NCBI GenBank assembly: GCA_965227775.1 | Contig: OZ245777.1 | Location: forward strand, 2,240,001 to 2,304,000 | Source: Phycisphaerales bacterium | GTDB lineage: Bacteria; Planctomycetota; Phycisphaerae; Phycisphaerales; UBA1924 | Length of the DNA: 64,000 nt | Direction: 5' to 3' | Part shown: positions 37,875-48,459 of the stretch, piece after piece | Layout of the letters: each line of letters starts with the position of its first letter | How positions within the stretch are numbered: the stretch's first letter is position 1 | Notes under the pieces: generated by a model | The model's input: the letters and a program-made list of their open reading frames with translations, nothing else | Told to the model about the DNA's origin: nothing | The model's database searches: none | Program-made: the position numbers and the translations under genes

Positions 37875-39422
37875 ATGACGAACGAGACGGTGTTCTCGCA
37901 GAGGGCAAGGGGTGCGTTCCCGATGACCGACACGACACGATCGACTCCCGGCAGCCTCACCGGACGCGGCCGCCGACTGCTCGCCCCGGCCCTGCTCGCG
38001 GGCGCCACGCTGCTTGGCGGCTGCGGCGTCCACAGCTGGTTCGACCAGAGTGTGGTGGGACGCTGGGAGGTCACGCCGACGACCGCTCCGATCCTCGACC
38101 GCATCGCTGCCATCGAGGGCCCCGATGACGGCTTCGTCCAGTACAGCGAGGTCACGCCCGATGACCTGGTGCCGCGCCCGCGCGAGTACCGGGTCGGCCC
38201 GGGCGACTTCCTGCAGATCATCGTCTTCGACCTGCGGCCCGGTGGCGCGCCTGGCGAGTTCCAGACGGCCGTGGACACCCGCGGCATGGTCTACCTCGAA
38301 GAGGTCGGCGAGGTGCAGGTTGCCGGCCTGACCGCAGACGGCATCCGCGAGGCGATCTCCCAGGCTGTCGTCGAGTTCGTGACCAGGCCCCAGGTCCTCG
38401 TCCGTGTGCTGGAGCGCCGCCAGGCGACGTACACGATGGTCGGGGCGGTCCCGGGCACGGGCAAGTTCCCGATTCCGAAGGCCGACTGGTTCCTCATGGA
38501 TGCCCTCGCCGAGGCGGGCTGGCTTCGTGAGGGAACCCGCGAGATCTACATCATCCGACAGATCCCCCTCTCGGAGAGTCGTCGCGTCGACTTTGGCGCC
38601 CGCACTCCTGGGAGCGAAGAGGGCGACGCCGCGCCGGCGAGCGGAGACGAACTCCTCGGCGACATTGATCGTTTGCTCGACGGTGACGCTCGTCCCGGTG
38701 CGTTCAGCGTGGCGCAGGAAGGTTCGCAGGCCGGCGAGCAGCCGTCCGTCGACCTGATCGACGAGCCGACGCGCCGCGTCCAGCCCTCGCAAGACAGCCA
38801 AGGACTCGGCGACGACACCACGTGGATGTTTCTCGACGGGCAGTGGGTGCGTGTGAACCCGGGCAGGGTGGCTTCGCGCCAGGCTGCCGAGGGTAGTGGC
38901 GTGCTGACGTCGGCCGATTCGATCAACCAATTGGTCACGCAGCGGATCATCCGCATACCGGCCCAGAAGCTGATCGAGGGCGACATGCGGTACAACGTTG
39001 TGATCGAGCCGGGCGATATCGTCCGCGTCCCGCAGCGTCTGGACGGTCTGTACTTCGTTGCCGGATTCGTGAATCGCCCCGGCGGCTTCGCGCTCGCCCA
39101 GAAGCTGACGCTCATGCGTGCCATCGATCAGGCCGGCGGTGTCAATCAGCTGGGCGTGCCCGAGCGAATCGAACTCGTCCGCATGCTCGAGAACGATCGT
39201 CAGGCGATCATCCAACTTGATCTGCGGGCCATTAACCGAGGCGTCGAGCCCGACATCTATCTCAAGCCGAACGACCGCATCAACGTGGGGTCGTCCATCT
39301 GGGCGTACCCGCTGGCTGTTGTCCGCAATGGTTTCCGTGCCTCGTATGGCTTCGGCTTCCTGCTGGACCGGAACTTCGGCAACGATGTCTTCGGCCCGCC
39401 GCCGCTCGATAGCCGCTTCTAA
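37875..39422 (+). CDS. Polysaccharide export (Wza/SLBB) lipoprotein
   Basis: Lipobox LLGGC; YRVGPGD..VDTRG..VAGLT; SLBB repeats; start 37875 or 37923. Confidence 0.88.
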   Translation: MTNETVFSQRARGAFPMTDTTRSTPGSLTGRGRRLLAPALLAGATLLGGCGVHSWFDQSVVGRWEVTPTTAPILDRIAAIEGPDDGFVQYSEVTPDDLVPRPREYRVGPGDFLQIIVFDLRPGGAPGEFQTAVDTRGMVYLEEVGEVQVAGLTADGIREAISQAVVEFVTRPQVLVRVLERRQATYTMVGAVPGTGKFPIPKADWFLMDALAEAGWLREGTREIYIIRQIPLSESRRVDFGARTPGSEEGDAAPASGDELLGDIDRLLDGDARPGAFSVAQEGSQAGEQPSVDLIDEPTRRVQPSQDSQGLGDDTTWMFLDGQWVRVNPGRVASRQAAEGSGVLTSADSINQLVTQRIIRIPAQKLIEGDMRYNVVIEPGDIVRVPQRLDGLYFVAGFVNRPGGFALAQKLTLMRAIDQAGGVNQLGVPERIELVRMLENDRQAIIQLDLRAINRGVEPDIYLKPNDRINVGSSIWAYPLAVVRNGFRASYGFGFLLDRNFGNDVFGPPPLDSRF

Positions 39423-39459
39423 CGAGCCTCCCGGGGGTGGCCTGGGGTTTCGCAGAACA

Positions 39460-39495
39460 CGCCTGCGTCCGGGGCGTAGCACCCGGACGCAGGCG
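39460..39495. other. Perfect 14-bp GC stem-loop between wza and exosortase
   Basis: CGCCTGCGTCCGGG-GCGTAGCA-CCCGGACGCAGGCG; no U tract. Confidence 0.85.
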
Positions 39496-39521
39496 AGAGC
39501 CCAAGAGGGGAGTTGTGTCGC

Positions 39522-40502
39522 GTGAGCGTGGCGTCGGCATCGCAGAGCTTGAGCCAGGAACGCGCCCCAGCGGCGCTCGGCTCGCTGCGCTGGCAGGGCG
39601 TCGCGACACTCGGCATGATCGCGCTGATCGGATTCGCGTGGCTGTTCCGCGAGTGGTTCCTCGTGCAGGGCACGATCAGCTTCCGGCAGTTGGATGATTG
39701 GGGGCACGCGTTTGCGGTCCCGGCTATCGCGGGCTACTTGCTCTACCAGCGACGTGATCGGCTCCTGGCGGCGCGGGTCAAGCCATTTTGGCCGGGCTTG
39801 TTGCCGCTCTTGCTGGGCATCGCCTGCTATGTCTTCTTCATTGTGGGCGTGCCTACGCACATGATGCAGGGCTTTGCGCTCGTGCTGGCGATCTTCGGAT
39901 TCGTGCTGCTGGTCTTCGGCCCGCACGTGATGCGCGTCGCGATCATGCCGATCGCGTTCTTGCTGTTCGCGGTGACGATTTCGGAACGCGTGATGATTGC
40001 CATCACGTTCCAACTCCAGCTCATCGCCAGCCAGGGCGGGTACCTTCTGCTCACCATCTTCGGCTTCCCGTTCGGCATCGAGTCTTCGGTCGATGGCAAC
40101 ATCATCAGCGTTATGGATGAGGCTGGCGCATCGCACCAGCTCAACGTCGCCGAAGCGTGCAGCGGCATGCGCATGGTGGTGGCGTTTATTGCCCTGGGTG
40201 CCGCCGTTGCCCTCACGCAGTGCCGCCACTGGTGGCAGCGGGTCGCAGTGGTGTTGCTTTCGCTGCCTGTTGCCATCGCTCTCAATGTCGTTCGCGTTGC
40301 GGTGCTTGGCTTCCTGACCGTGCTGGTCGATCCGGACCTTGCTTCGGGCGAAGCGCACATGCTCATCGGCACACTGCTACTCATCCCAGGCCTCGCGGTG
40401 TTCCTGCTGCTGGTCTGGATCTTGAACCGCGTGGTCAGCGACGAGCCTGAGTCCGAGGCAAATGCAGATACCAAGGCCGATCCCAAGGCGGTGCAGGCGT
40501 GA
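39522..40502 (+). CDS. Exosortase family transpeptidase
   Basis: About 8 TMs; DWGH..VP; catalytic VAEACSGMR, NVVRV, AH. Confidence 0.95.
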   Translation: MSVASASQSLSQERAPAALGSLRWQGVATLGMIALIGFAWLFREWFLVQGTISFRQLDDWGHAFAVPAIAGYLLYQRRDRLLAARVKPFWPGLLPLLLGIACYVFFIVGVPTHMMQGFALVLAIFGFVLLVFGPHVMRVAIMPIAFLLFAVTISERVMIAITFQLQLIASQGGYLLLTIFGFPFGIESSVDGNIISVMDEAGASHQLNVAEACSGMRMVVAFIALGAAVALTQCRHWWQRVAVVLLSLPVAIALNVVRVAVLGFLTVLVDPDLASGEAHMLIGTLLLIPGLAVFLLLVWILNRVVSDEPESEANADTKADPKAVQA

Positions 40503-41398
40503 CCAACCCCGGATCGACCCTGTTCGGACTGCCTCGTGGCGTTGTCATCGCCGCATCGGTTGCTGTAGCGTTGCTTGTTGCATCGGGTGCCGTGCTTGGT
40601 CTCTCGATCCGAGCCCTTGACCTGTACCTTCAGAAGAGCCCGATCTACCCGCGCACGGGACTCGAGATGCGCGACGTGCCGCCCGAGAGCCCCAACTGGC
40701 GCCGCGTTGGTCCCGACCGCTTCGAGTCCGGCGAGATCGAAGACACGCTCGGCACGACCAACTACGTGACTCGCACGTACGAAGAGAAAAACACCGGGGG
40801 TGATCTCCCTCGACGGATCGATGTGCATCTGGCGTACTACACGGGCTCCATCGACACGGTGCCGCACATTCCTGAGCGGTGTTTTGTTGGTGGTGGCATG
40901 CAGATCGGCAGCGGCACACGGGTAGTAGACGTTCCGCTGGATGCCAGCCGTTGGCTCCCGATGCGCGACGCGCCCGACGTCATGCAGGGGCGGGCGTTTA
41001 CCACGACGCTGGCCCGTGGTAGCTACTCCAACCGGCCCGGGCAGCGCGTACTGCTGCCGCTCGACCCGCAAGACCTGCAGCTACGCGTGACCGAGTTCAC
41101 GGTTCCCGGGGCTCCGAGCCTGTACGCGGGATACTTCTTCATCGTGAACGGTGAGCATCGATCGAGCGCCGAGGGCGTCCGGCTGCTCGCGTTCGATCTT
41201 AAGACTGACTATGCGTATTACCTCAAAGTCCAGTTCAACAGCCAGCGGGTCGAGTCACCCGAGGAACTGGCAGAGGTCGCGGGCGCTCTGCTCGACGACA
41301 TCCTGGGTGAGCTCATGCTGTGCGTGCCCGATTGGGCCGAAGTGACCACGGGCGAATGGCCCGAAGACAACGACAGAAGTCCCGCATCGCGGGGGTAG
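40499..41398 (+). CDS. Exosortase-associated EpsI family protein
   Basis: N-terminal TM; LGTTNYVTRTY, LAYY..PHIPERCFVGGG; GTGA overlap with exosortase. Confidence 0.88.
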   Translation: MTNPGSTLFGLPRGVVIAASVAVALLVASGAVLGLSIRALDLYLQKSPIYPRTGLEMRDVPPESPNWRRVGPDRFESGEIEDTLGTTNYVTRTYEEKNTGGDLPRRIDVHLAYYTGSIDTVPHIPERCFVGGGMQIGSGTRVVDVPLDASRWLPMRDAPDVMQGRAFTTTLARGSYSNRPGQRVLLPLDPQDLQLRVTEFTVPGAPSLYAGYFFIVNGEHRSSAEGVRLLAFDLKTDYAYYLKVQFNSQRVESPEELAEVAGALLDDILGELMLCVPDWAEVTTGEWPEDNDRSPASRG

Positions 41399-41443
41399 TG
41401 GTGGTGGCGCTAGGTGGCGCCATCGACGACACGGAGGCGGACA

Positions 41444-44400
41444 ATGGCGGCTCGTGTAAATGTCAGATTCGTCGCGATCCTGTGCACCATCATCGGCGTG
41501 GTGTTCGTTGGCATGGCCGGCGCGGCGTACTTCATCGTCAAGAAGTCGGCTTCCGATCACTTCGAGACCGCCCAGCAGTTCGTCCAGGAAGGCGATCTTG
41601 TTGAAGCCGAGAAGTCGTTCGGCAAAGCCGTCAACAAGGAACCAACAAACGTTGTCTACCTCGAGGCTTGGATCGAGTCGATCGAGAAGCTCACGCCCGA
41701 GACTCGCGTCAGGTACGCGGATGTCTACCTGAAGAACTACGTGCCGGGCTTGCGACAACTCGCGGTCGCCAAGCGGACCGACGTTGATGCGTGGAACAAG
41801 TTCCTCGGTACGTTGTATGAACAGCGAAATGTCTTTGGCGGCGGTGGCCGCACTGGCTGGCAGGCGCTGCTCACGGAAACCAACTATGCGCTCGAGCAGT
41901 TTCGGGTGTCTGCCGATGGTGATGACGATCAGGCCGATTGGCACCGTCTTCGCCGCTACCAGGCCCTGAGCAATCTCAATATGCGGACAAGCCTGGGCGA
42001 GGCCGACCCAGATTTCGCGGACAAGACCGTGATGGACTTCGAGGCCGTGCTGCGCGTCGATCCTTCGGATTCCGACGCCGCAATCGGCTTGTACGAGTGG
42101 CTGATGGCCGAAGCCGACGAAGCACAGGGCAGTCGCACCGATCCACAGGTGTTCCTTGACAAGGCGAGGCAGACGCTCGACGACTTCTTGGTCCAGAACC
42201 CGAACCACCCGCGTGCGATGATTGCCCGGCTGTTCTACGACATCCAGGTTGCTGCGCGGCCACTCCGCGAGCTGCGCACCCAGGAGGAACGAGTCCGCGC
42301 CAACCTCGCGCTCGCGGCCGAGTACAAGCCGCGCGTGGAGGCGATCGTGGATCAAGTGATCCAGCAGAGCGTTCCGGAGTTGCTGACCGTTGACGTCGCG
42401 CAGCTGGTATACCGGCTCGAGCGGCTTGCATCTCCAGGATTGCGCGAGATCCCGCTCACCGACAGGATTCTTGGAGCCGTCCGCACGGCCTCGGACGGTG
42501 ATCCCGGTGAACTCGCGAAGCTCTCGTTCTTTGAGGGCGTGTTTTCGGCCGAGAGCGGCGAGCACGAGCGTGCGATCGCGGCGTTCGAGGAGGTGATGGC
42601 TGCGCCGGACGTGCCGATCAGCCTCGACGGAATCCTCATCACGCGTCTTGAAGGTGAGGCCGTGATTCGCCGAGCACAGAGCGCTATCGAGTTCGCTGGT
42701 GCCGCCGAGGAGACGCAGCGCGATGAGAGGCTTGCGCTCGTCGAGCAACTCCGGAAAGACGTCGATGACTACTGGCCGCAAGGCACGCCGCCGGTCCTGA
42801 TGCTGGATGCTCGAATCGCATACCTGAATGGCGAACTCGCCAAGGCGCAAGGCCTGGCCGTTTCCTATCAACGGCAGCTACAAACGCCCGACCCGCAGGC
42901 CCATTACCTGCTCAGCCGGATTTACATCGATCGAAACCAGATCGGCCAGGCGCTTGCAGAGCTCGAGAAGTACGTCGAGATCAATCCCAACGTGCCGGAT
43001 GCCTGGGCACAGCTCAGTGATCTTTATGATCGGACCGGCGACACGACCAGCGCGTGGGAAGCGATCACACGCGCCATCCAGCTCGCTCCCGACGACGAGC
43101 GCGTCCAGCGACGCTACGACAACCTCAATATTCGATTGGGACAGGCCCAGTCCGATGATCCAATCCAGCAGCTGCTGTTCGACATCGATAAGCTGCTTGA
43201 CACGGCCGGCGGCGTTGCGCCAAAGTACGACGAGGCCATCGGGCGGCTCCGCCGAGCAATGGCTGGGGTCGGCGATGACGTGCGGCTGTACAGCGCCCTG
43301 GCCACCGTGCAGGCCCAGGCCCAGCGTTTCGATGATGCCATGGCGACCGCGGACGAGGGGCTTGCGAAGTTCCCCGACAGTGCGCTGCTGGAGAGAATCC
43401 GCACGCAGGTGATGGTCTTGCAGGGCCGCTTCGACGAAGTCGAAGGCATCACGCCCCTGCAGCGTGAGATGGCCGAGTTCCGCCTGGCGATGCGTGAGGG
43501 TCGGACCGACGATGCCGACGGCCACCTCCAGGTCGCCGTCCAGATCGATCCGGATGACGGCCAGGTCATCCAGGCCCAGATCGCCCGAGCGCTAGCGACT
43601 GGAAACTTTAACGAGGCACGACGGCTCGTCGATCGCGCGACCGAGCTCAACACGGACCAGGCTGACGGACGCCTGTTGCGTGGCGACCTCTTGCAAGCAG
43701 AAGGTCGCAGCGAAGAAGCGCTCGCGCTCATCAATGCGGTCATCAGCGACGGTCTGACCAGCGTGCCGGTGTTGTATCGTCGAGCCCAGATCTATCGCAG
43801 CCTCAACCGTGCCGAAGACGCGGTGAACGACTACCTCGAGATCCTGCGCCGCCAGCCCGATAGCGTCGCGAACGTACGCGATGTCATCGTGGCGTTGGCA
43901 GAACTCGGACGGACGCGCCAGGCACTCGAGATCGCTCGTCGCTCGCAGCGAATCGCTGGTGCGGACTCGACCTTCCTGAACCAATGGCTGGCGCTTGAGG
44001 CCCAGGTAGGTGACGCAACGGCGGCCAAGTTCCGCCGAGAGGACATCCGTGACGCGAATCCTGGTGATCGCCAGAACAACCTTGCGCTTGCCAGCGTGTA
44101 TGTGAAGCTGGGCGAGTGGAGCAGCTCTCGAGCCCTTATCGACGAGTTGCGAGCAGAGCAGGACGACGTCTCGCTCGTCATGCTCGACGCGCAGTGGCAC
44201 GCCCGCCAGGGCAATGTCCGTCAGGCGGTCACGGAGTTCGACACCTACATGAGCGCCCGTGATGCCGCCGGCGAGCTCGACGCTCGCGACGTGCTGAGCT
44301 ATGCGAACTTCCTTCAAAGCGAGAACCAGACTGGCCTGGCAATCGAGAAGCTCCGCAACGCGGTGGATGTTGACACCGGTGAAAGCCAACCAATCCGGCG

Positions 44401-46057
44401 TCGCTTGGCACTCCTGCTCTTGTCGGACGGCCGTGCGAACGAAGCTGTCGAGGTCATCGATGAGCTGATCGCATCGGGCCTGGACGAGGACGGCATGCTC
44501 ACGCTGGCGCGCATCGAGGCCTACATCCGCGGCGATGAACTTGACAACGCCGAGCAGGCCATTGGCGAGCTTCCAAGCACGCTGGCGAACTCTGAGGCGT
44601 CCGGGCTGTTGCGTACGGACCTCGAGCTCGCTCGTGGTGATCGAGCCGCGGCTCGACGGGCCATCAGTGACACCCTGGCGTCGCATCCGACCTCCGCGCG
44701 GGCGTATGTCCGCCGGGCGGAGATCATCTATGACGAGGTTCGCTCGGATGCCACGATGCTTGACTCGGAGCGTTCGCAGATGCTCCGCGACGCGAGCGAG
44801 GACCTCAGTGAGGCCATCCGGCAGGACACCAATCGCTGGGAAGCATATCGCCTGCGTGCGATTATCGCGATGGAGCTCGGTCGCTACGACGAGGCCGTTC
44901 GTGCAGTCACTCAGGCGCTTGAGCTCAATCCTGGACTTGTCCAGCTGCGGAATCGCCTGATCCGGCGCCTCGTACAACAGGGTGACACGCCTCGTGCGAT
45001 GACCGTGATCGACGCGGCGATCGAGGCCAATCCCGCCGATGTCGATCTTCGCGTGAACATGGCTCGGCTGATGGCCGACCTCGGTCGATCAGCCGAGTCG
45101 GTCAGGCTCTTCGATCAATCGCTCGCGCAGCGGAAGAATCCGGAGATTGCGGCGCAGTACGTCGAGTATCTGCTGAACATGGGGACCGCCGAGGGGCGGG
45201 CCAAGGCGCGGCAGGTGCTCAGCGACCCCACCCTCAACGTTGCCGGAACGTGGCAGCTCCAGCTCATGGCGGCTGCCCTGTCATTCCAGGAAGGCAACCG
45301 CGCTCGCGCCGTTGCGCAGGCCCGACAGTCGTTCGAGGTTGTTCGCAACAACCTGCCGGATGTTGTGCGTTGGTTCAACGCCTTGGCGCCACTCATCAAG
45401 GACCATCCAACACGGATGGAGATCGCCCTGCAGCTCTTCCCAGAGCGCACGCCGCAGCGCGTCGGTGAGATCATGATGGCGTCGTTGATGCTTCAGGACC
45501 CCTCGACCGAGCAGCAGGGCCTCAGCGAGCTCATCAGACTCGCGGGCGATGGTGACCCGATCGTGGCAGTTCGATCGGGACAGCTGCTGGGCGATACGTA
45601 CTACGGACGTGCGAACTACCAGGCGGCCGCAGACGCGTGGCGGGCCGTTCTGGCACTCGACCCGCAGTCGGGCCAGGCACTCAACAACCTTGCATATGTG
45701 CTCGCATCCGAGCTCGGCGAATGCCAGCAGGCGATCGAGTTGGCCACTCGTGCCAAGGCCGCCGGTGGCGTGGCTCCGACCATCGTCCAGAGCACGCTCA
45801 CGATCGCGTACCTGGAGTGCAATCAGCTCGATCAGGCCCAGCAAGCTGCCGACGAGCTCTCATCGATCTCGCGGGGTTCTCCGGAAGAAACGCTGGCGGA
45901 ACTCCGCCAAGGCAAGCTCGATCTTGCGAATGGCCGGGTCGAAGACGCCCGCATCCATGCCAAGAACGCTGAAGTCTTTCTCGAGTCCTGGGGCGGCCGC
46001 GCTGAAGCGTACAGGTCGATCCTTGAGGAGCTCGAGCAAGCGCTGGAGGGCCGCTAG
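41444..46057 (+). CDS. Very large TPR-repeat protein with N-terminal membrane anchor (PrsT-like position)
   Basis: GGAGG SD; TM then many TPR-like units, ALNNLAY near the C-terminus; 1537 aa. Confidence 0.9.
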   Translation: MAARVNVRFVAILCTIIGVVFVGMAGAAYFIVKKSASDHFETAQQFVQEGDLVEAEKSFGKAVNKEPTNVVYLEAWIESIEKLTPETRVRYADVYLKNYVPGLRQLAVAKRTDVDAWNKFLGTLYEQRNVFGGGGRTGWQALLTETNYALEQFRVSADGDDDQADWHRLRRYQALSNLNMRTSLGEADPDFADKTVMDFEAVLRVDPSDSDAAIGLYEWLMAEADEAQGSRTDPQVFLDKARQTLDDFLVQNPNHPRAMIARLFYDIQVAARPLRELRTQEERVRANLALAAEYKPRVEAIVDQVIQQSVPELLTVDVAQLVYRLERLASPGLREIPLTDRILGAVRTASDGDPGELAKLSFFEGVFSAESGEHERAIAAFEEVMAAPDVPISLDGILITRLEGEAVIRRAQSAIEFAGAAEETQRDERLALVEQLRKDVDDYWPQGTPPVLMLDARIAYLNGELAKAQGLAVSYQRQLQTPDPQAHYLLSRIYIDRNQIGQALAELEKYVEINPNVPDAWAQLSDLYDRTGDTTSAWEAITRAIQLAPDDERVQRRYDNLNIRLGQAQSDDPIQQLLFDIDKLLDTAGGVAPKYDEAIGRLRRAMAGVGDDVRLYSALATVQAQAQRFDDAMATADEGLAKFPDSALLERIRTQVMVLQGRFDEVEGITPLQREMAEFRLAMREGRTDDADGHLQVAVQIDPDDGQVIQAQIARALATGNFNEARRLVDRATELNTDQADGRLLRGDLLQAEGRSEEALALINAVISDGLTSVPVLYRRAQIYRSLNRAEDAVNDYLEILRRQPDSVANVRDVIVALAELGRTRQALEIARRSQRIAGADSTFLNQWLALEAQVGDATAAKFRREDIRDANPGDRQNNLALASVYVKLGEWSSSRALIDELRAEQDDVSLVMLDAQWHARQGNVRQAVTEFDTYMSARDAAGELDARDVLSYANFLQSENQTGLAIEKLRNAVDVDTGESQPIRRRLALLLLSDGRANEAVEVIDELIASGLDEDGMLTLARIEAYIRGDELDNAEQAIGELPSTLANSEASGLLRTDLELARGDRAAARRAISDTLASHPTSARAYVRRAEIIYDEVRSDATMLDSERSQMLRDASEDLSEAIRQDTNRWEAYRLRAIIAMELGRYDEAVRAVTQALELNPGLVQLRNRLIRRLVQQGDTPRAMTVIDAAIEANPADVDLRVNMARLMADLGRSAESVRLFDQSLAQRKNPEIAAQYVEYLLNMGTAEGRAKARQVLSDPTLNVAGTWQLQLMAAALSFQEGNRARAVAQARQSFEVVRNNLPDVVRWFNALAPLIKDHPTRMEIALQLFPERTPQRVGEIMMASLMLQDPSTEQQGLSELIRLAGDGDPIVAVRSGQLLGDTYYGRANYQAAADAWRAVLALDPQSGQALNNLAYVLASELGECQQAIELATRAKAAGGVAPTIVQSTLTIAYLECNQLDQAQQAADELSSISRGSPEETLAELRQGKLDLANGRVEDARIHAKNAEVFLESWGGRAEAYRSILEELEQALEGR

Positions 46058-46209
46058 GCGGTAGGTTTTCGGACCAGCAGCGGCCCGTCGTGGGCCAACA
46101 AGTGCGTGGATTGCCAGACACACGGTTCCCGAACCGAACCCGGGAGCGCAGACGGCCGACGTAGAGCATGGGTCCGAAGTAGTGCGGGCCCGAACGACGA
46201 GAGAACAGC

Positions 46210-48417
46210 ATGACGATCGCATCGACATCGACCAACGGCTCCCTCAACGGCTCGCACGGCCCCAGCGGTGGATCGAGCTCCCAGATTGGCACCAAGGCGG
46301 CTGCCAGCGTGGATCCGCTGCGCGTGCTGCGCAAGTACAAGTTTGCGTTCGTCATCGCGGGCGTCGTGGGTGGCATGCTGGGTGCCGGGGCACACTTCGC
46401 GTTGGCAGAATTCCGACCCAAGTGGAGCACGCCGGTCATCTACAAGTGCTACCCGCCCCAGACTCGTCCCAACCCCGAGCAGATGAATATCGACGACGAT
46501 GAGTTCGAACGCTTCATGGCCAGCGAAGCGGCCATGATGGTGTCCGAGAATGTGCTGCGGAGCGCCGTCGAGAATCCCCGTCTGCTCAACGAAGCACCAA
46601 ACTGGATCGGTCGATTCACGACCGGCGGTGTGGTCGATGTTGGTCAGGCCGCGCTCGCGCTCGAGGAGCAGGTCGGCGCACGCGTTATGGCGGGCACCGA
46701 CTTCATCCGTATGAACGTGAGCTGGCGAGATCGCCAGGAGGTTGCCACGATCGCCGAGGTCGTGAACGCCGCGTACATCCAGGACCTTCGTCGGCGTGGT
46801 TCTCGCTCGACGAACGAGCGCCGTGAGGCGATCGAGCAGGCGATCGTCGGCCTCGAGTCGGATTTTGATCAGTCGGATCGCCGCCGCAACGAGATCGTCA
46901 CCTCCCGCAGGATGGACGTGCTCGAGATTAGCCAGAGCCAGGAACGCGCCGAGATGATGATCGTGCTCGGCTCGATGCAGGAGCTTGGCCTCCAGCTGGA
47001 GGCGCTGCTCGCGCAGAAGGCCGAGATGGAAGCCCAGCTCCGCAATCCGGGCGGCTTGCAGTTCAACGACACGCTGCGAGCCCAGGTCGAGCTTCAGCCG
47101 CTCATCCAGAACCTCCGCTCGCAGGTTGTCTTCCTGCAGGCCCGCCGTGCGACCGAGCGCGAGCGTCTGGCCGAAGACAACCCATCGATCCGCATGATCG
47201 ACGACCAGATCGCCGCTCTGGATCGCAGCCTCGATCAGCAGCGTCAGCAGCTGATGGAAGAGCTGTTCCAGACCCAGCTAGACCAGCTGCGCCTGGGCGA
47301 GCAGCAGCTCCGGGCTCAGATGGCCAGCCTGGCGCAGCGCCGCGCCGAGCTGGGCCTCCGGCTGCAAGAACTGGTATACGCGGAGACCGAGCTCAGCGAT
47401 ATCGAACGTCGGATGGAGCAGATCCTGACCCTTCAACAGGACTTCGAGACCGATCTGCGGATGCTCGAGGCGACCAGCCAGATGACGACCGCTTCACGTG
47501 TTGAAGTCATCCAGGCGCCGCGCGTGCCGACGCAGATGTCCTTCCCGAAGATCTACATCCTCGTCCCTGCGGGTGTCGTGGTGGTCGTCGGTCTGGTCGC
47601 AGGTGGTGCATACCTCGTCGAGATGGTCGACCAGCGGGTGAAGAGCCCGGCCGACATCGCCGCTCTGCCGAGTGTCCGCATTCTGGGCATGGTGCCGCAC
47701 GCGACCGAAGATCCGGCCCGCATCGACACGCCAGAGCGCGTGTTTGCCGAACAGCCGCTGACGGCGATGAGCGAGAGCTACCGCCACGTGCGTGGCGCAG
47801 TAATCAAGCGGATGCGTGCCGGCGGGCATAAGTCGCTGCTCGTCGTCCCGGCCATGCCTGGTTCGGGCGCGACCACGGTGGTGAGCAACATCGCCGAGTC
47901 GCTCGCGGCGGCCGACAACAAGGTCATCGTGATCGATACGAACATTCGCCGCCCAAGGCTCCACGAGGTGTTCGGGCTCCCGATGGGTCCTGGTGTGGGC
48001 GAGGTGCTCGCCGGCGCGTCGCTGGCCGAGGTGGCCCAGGAAACGGGCAACCCCAACCTTCGCGTCATCACCTGCGGCGAGCCGAGCAATCGCCAGCTCG
48101 AGGCTTTGGCTACGGGCGCGATCGTCAAGCTGATCAAGCAGGCTTCGGCCGAGGCGGACTTCGTCATCCTCGACGTTTCGCCGGCGACGGTGTCGGGCGA
48201 TGCCCAGGCCTTGTCGCAAGTGGTCGACGCGACGATGCTGGTAGCCAAGGCGTTCGGCGAGACTCGCGGCCAGATCGGCCGCCTCTCTCGCGAGCTCGAC
48301 GAGCAGCCCGCCCGCTACCTCGGCGTGCTGGTCAACGCCGCCCGTGGGGCGAGCGGGGGATACCTCCGGGGCAACCTGCGGGCCGGGCACAGCTACACGG
48401 CCAAGGCCAAGAGCTAG
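46210..48417 (+). CDS. Wzc-like polysaccharide co-polymerase with degenerate BY-kinase domain
   Basis: Two TMs flanking coiled coil; SESYR, PGSGATT, IDTNIRRP, ILDVSP, LGVLVN. Confidence 0.9.
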   Translation: MTIASTSTNGSLNGSHGPSGGSSSQIGTKAAASVDPLRVLRKYKFAFVIAGVVGGMLGAGAHFALAEFRPKWSTPVIYKCYPPQTRPNPEQMNIDDDEFERFMASEAAMMVSENVLRSAVENPRLLNEAPNWIGRFTTGGVVDVGQAALALEEQVGARVMAGTDFIRMNVSWRDRQEVATIAEVVNAAYIQDLRRRGSRSTNERREAIEQAIVGLESDFDQSDRRRNEIVTSRRMDVLEISQSQERAEMMIVLGSMQELGLQLEALLAQKAEMEAQLRNPGGLQFNDTLRAQVELQPLIQNLRSQVVFLQARRATERERLAEDNPSIRMIDDQIAALDRSLDQQRQQLMEELFQTQLDQLRLGEQQLRAQMASLAQRRAELGLRLQELVYAETELSDIERRMEQILTLQQDFETDLRMLEATSQMTTASRVEVIQAPRVPTQMSFPKIYILVPAGVVVVVGLVAGGAYLVEMVDQRVKSPADIAALPSVRILGMVPHATEDPARIDTPERVFAEQPLTAMSESYRHVRGAVIKRMRAGGHKSLLVVPAMPGSGATTVVSNIAESLAAADNKVIVIDTNIRRPRLHEVFGLPMGPGVGEVLAGASLAEVAQETGNPNLRVITCGEPSNRQLEALATGAIVKLIKQASAEADFVILDVSPATVSGDAQALSQVVDATMLVAKAFGETRGQIGRLSRELDEQPARYLGVLVNAARGASGGYLRGNLRAGHSYTAKAKS

Positions 48418-48459
48418 GGTTCATCCTGCAGGCCGCTGCGGTCGTGGAGAGATTCGCCG

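Noticed and set aside
37785..40358. 857-aa minus-strand ORF
   Set aside because: Antisense shadow of wza and exosortase; no motifs; typical high-GC artefact.
46057..46064. GGCGGTAG, an ops-like (RfaH) element before wzc
   Set aside because: An 8-mer expected by chance in GC-rich DNA (another copy near 8888 lies within a gene); lacks the downstream TG and no NusG paralog is in the window.
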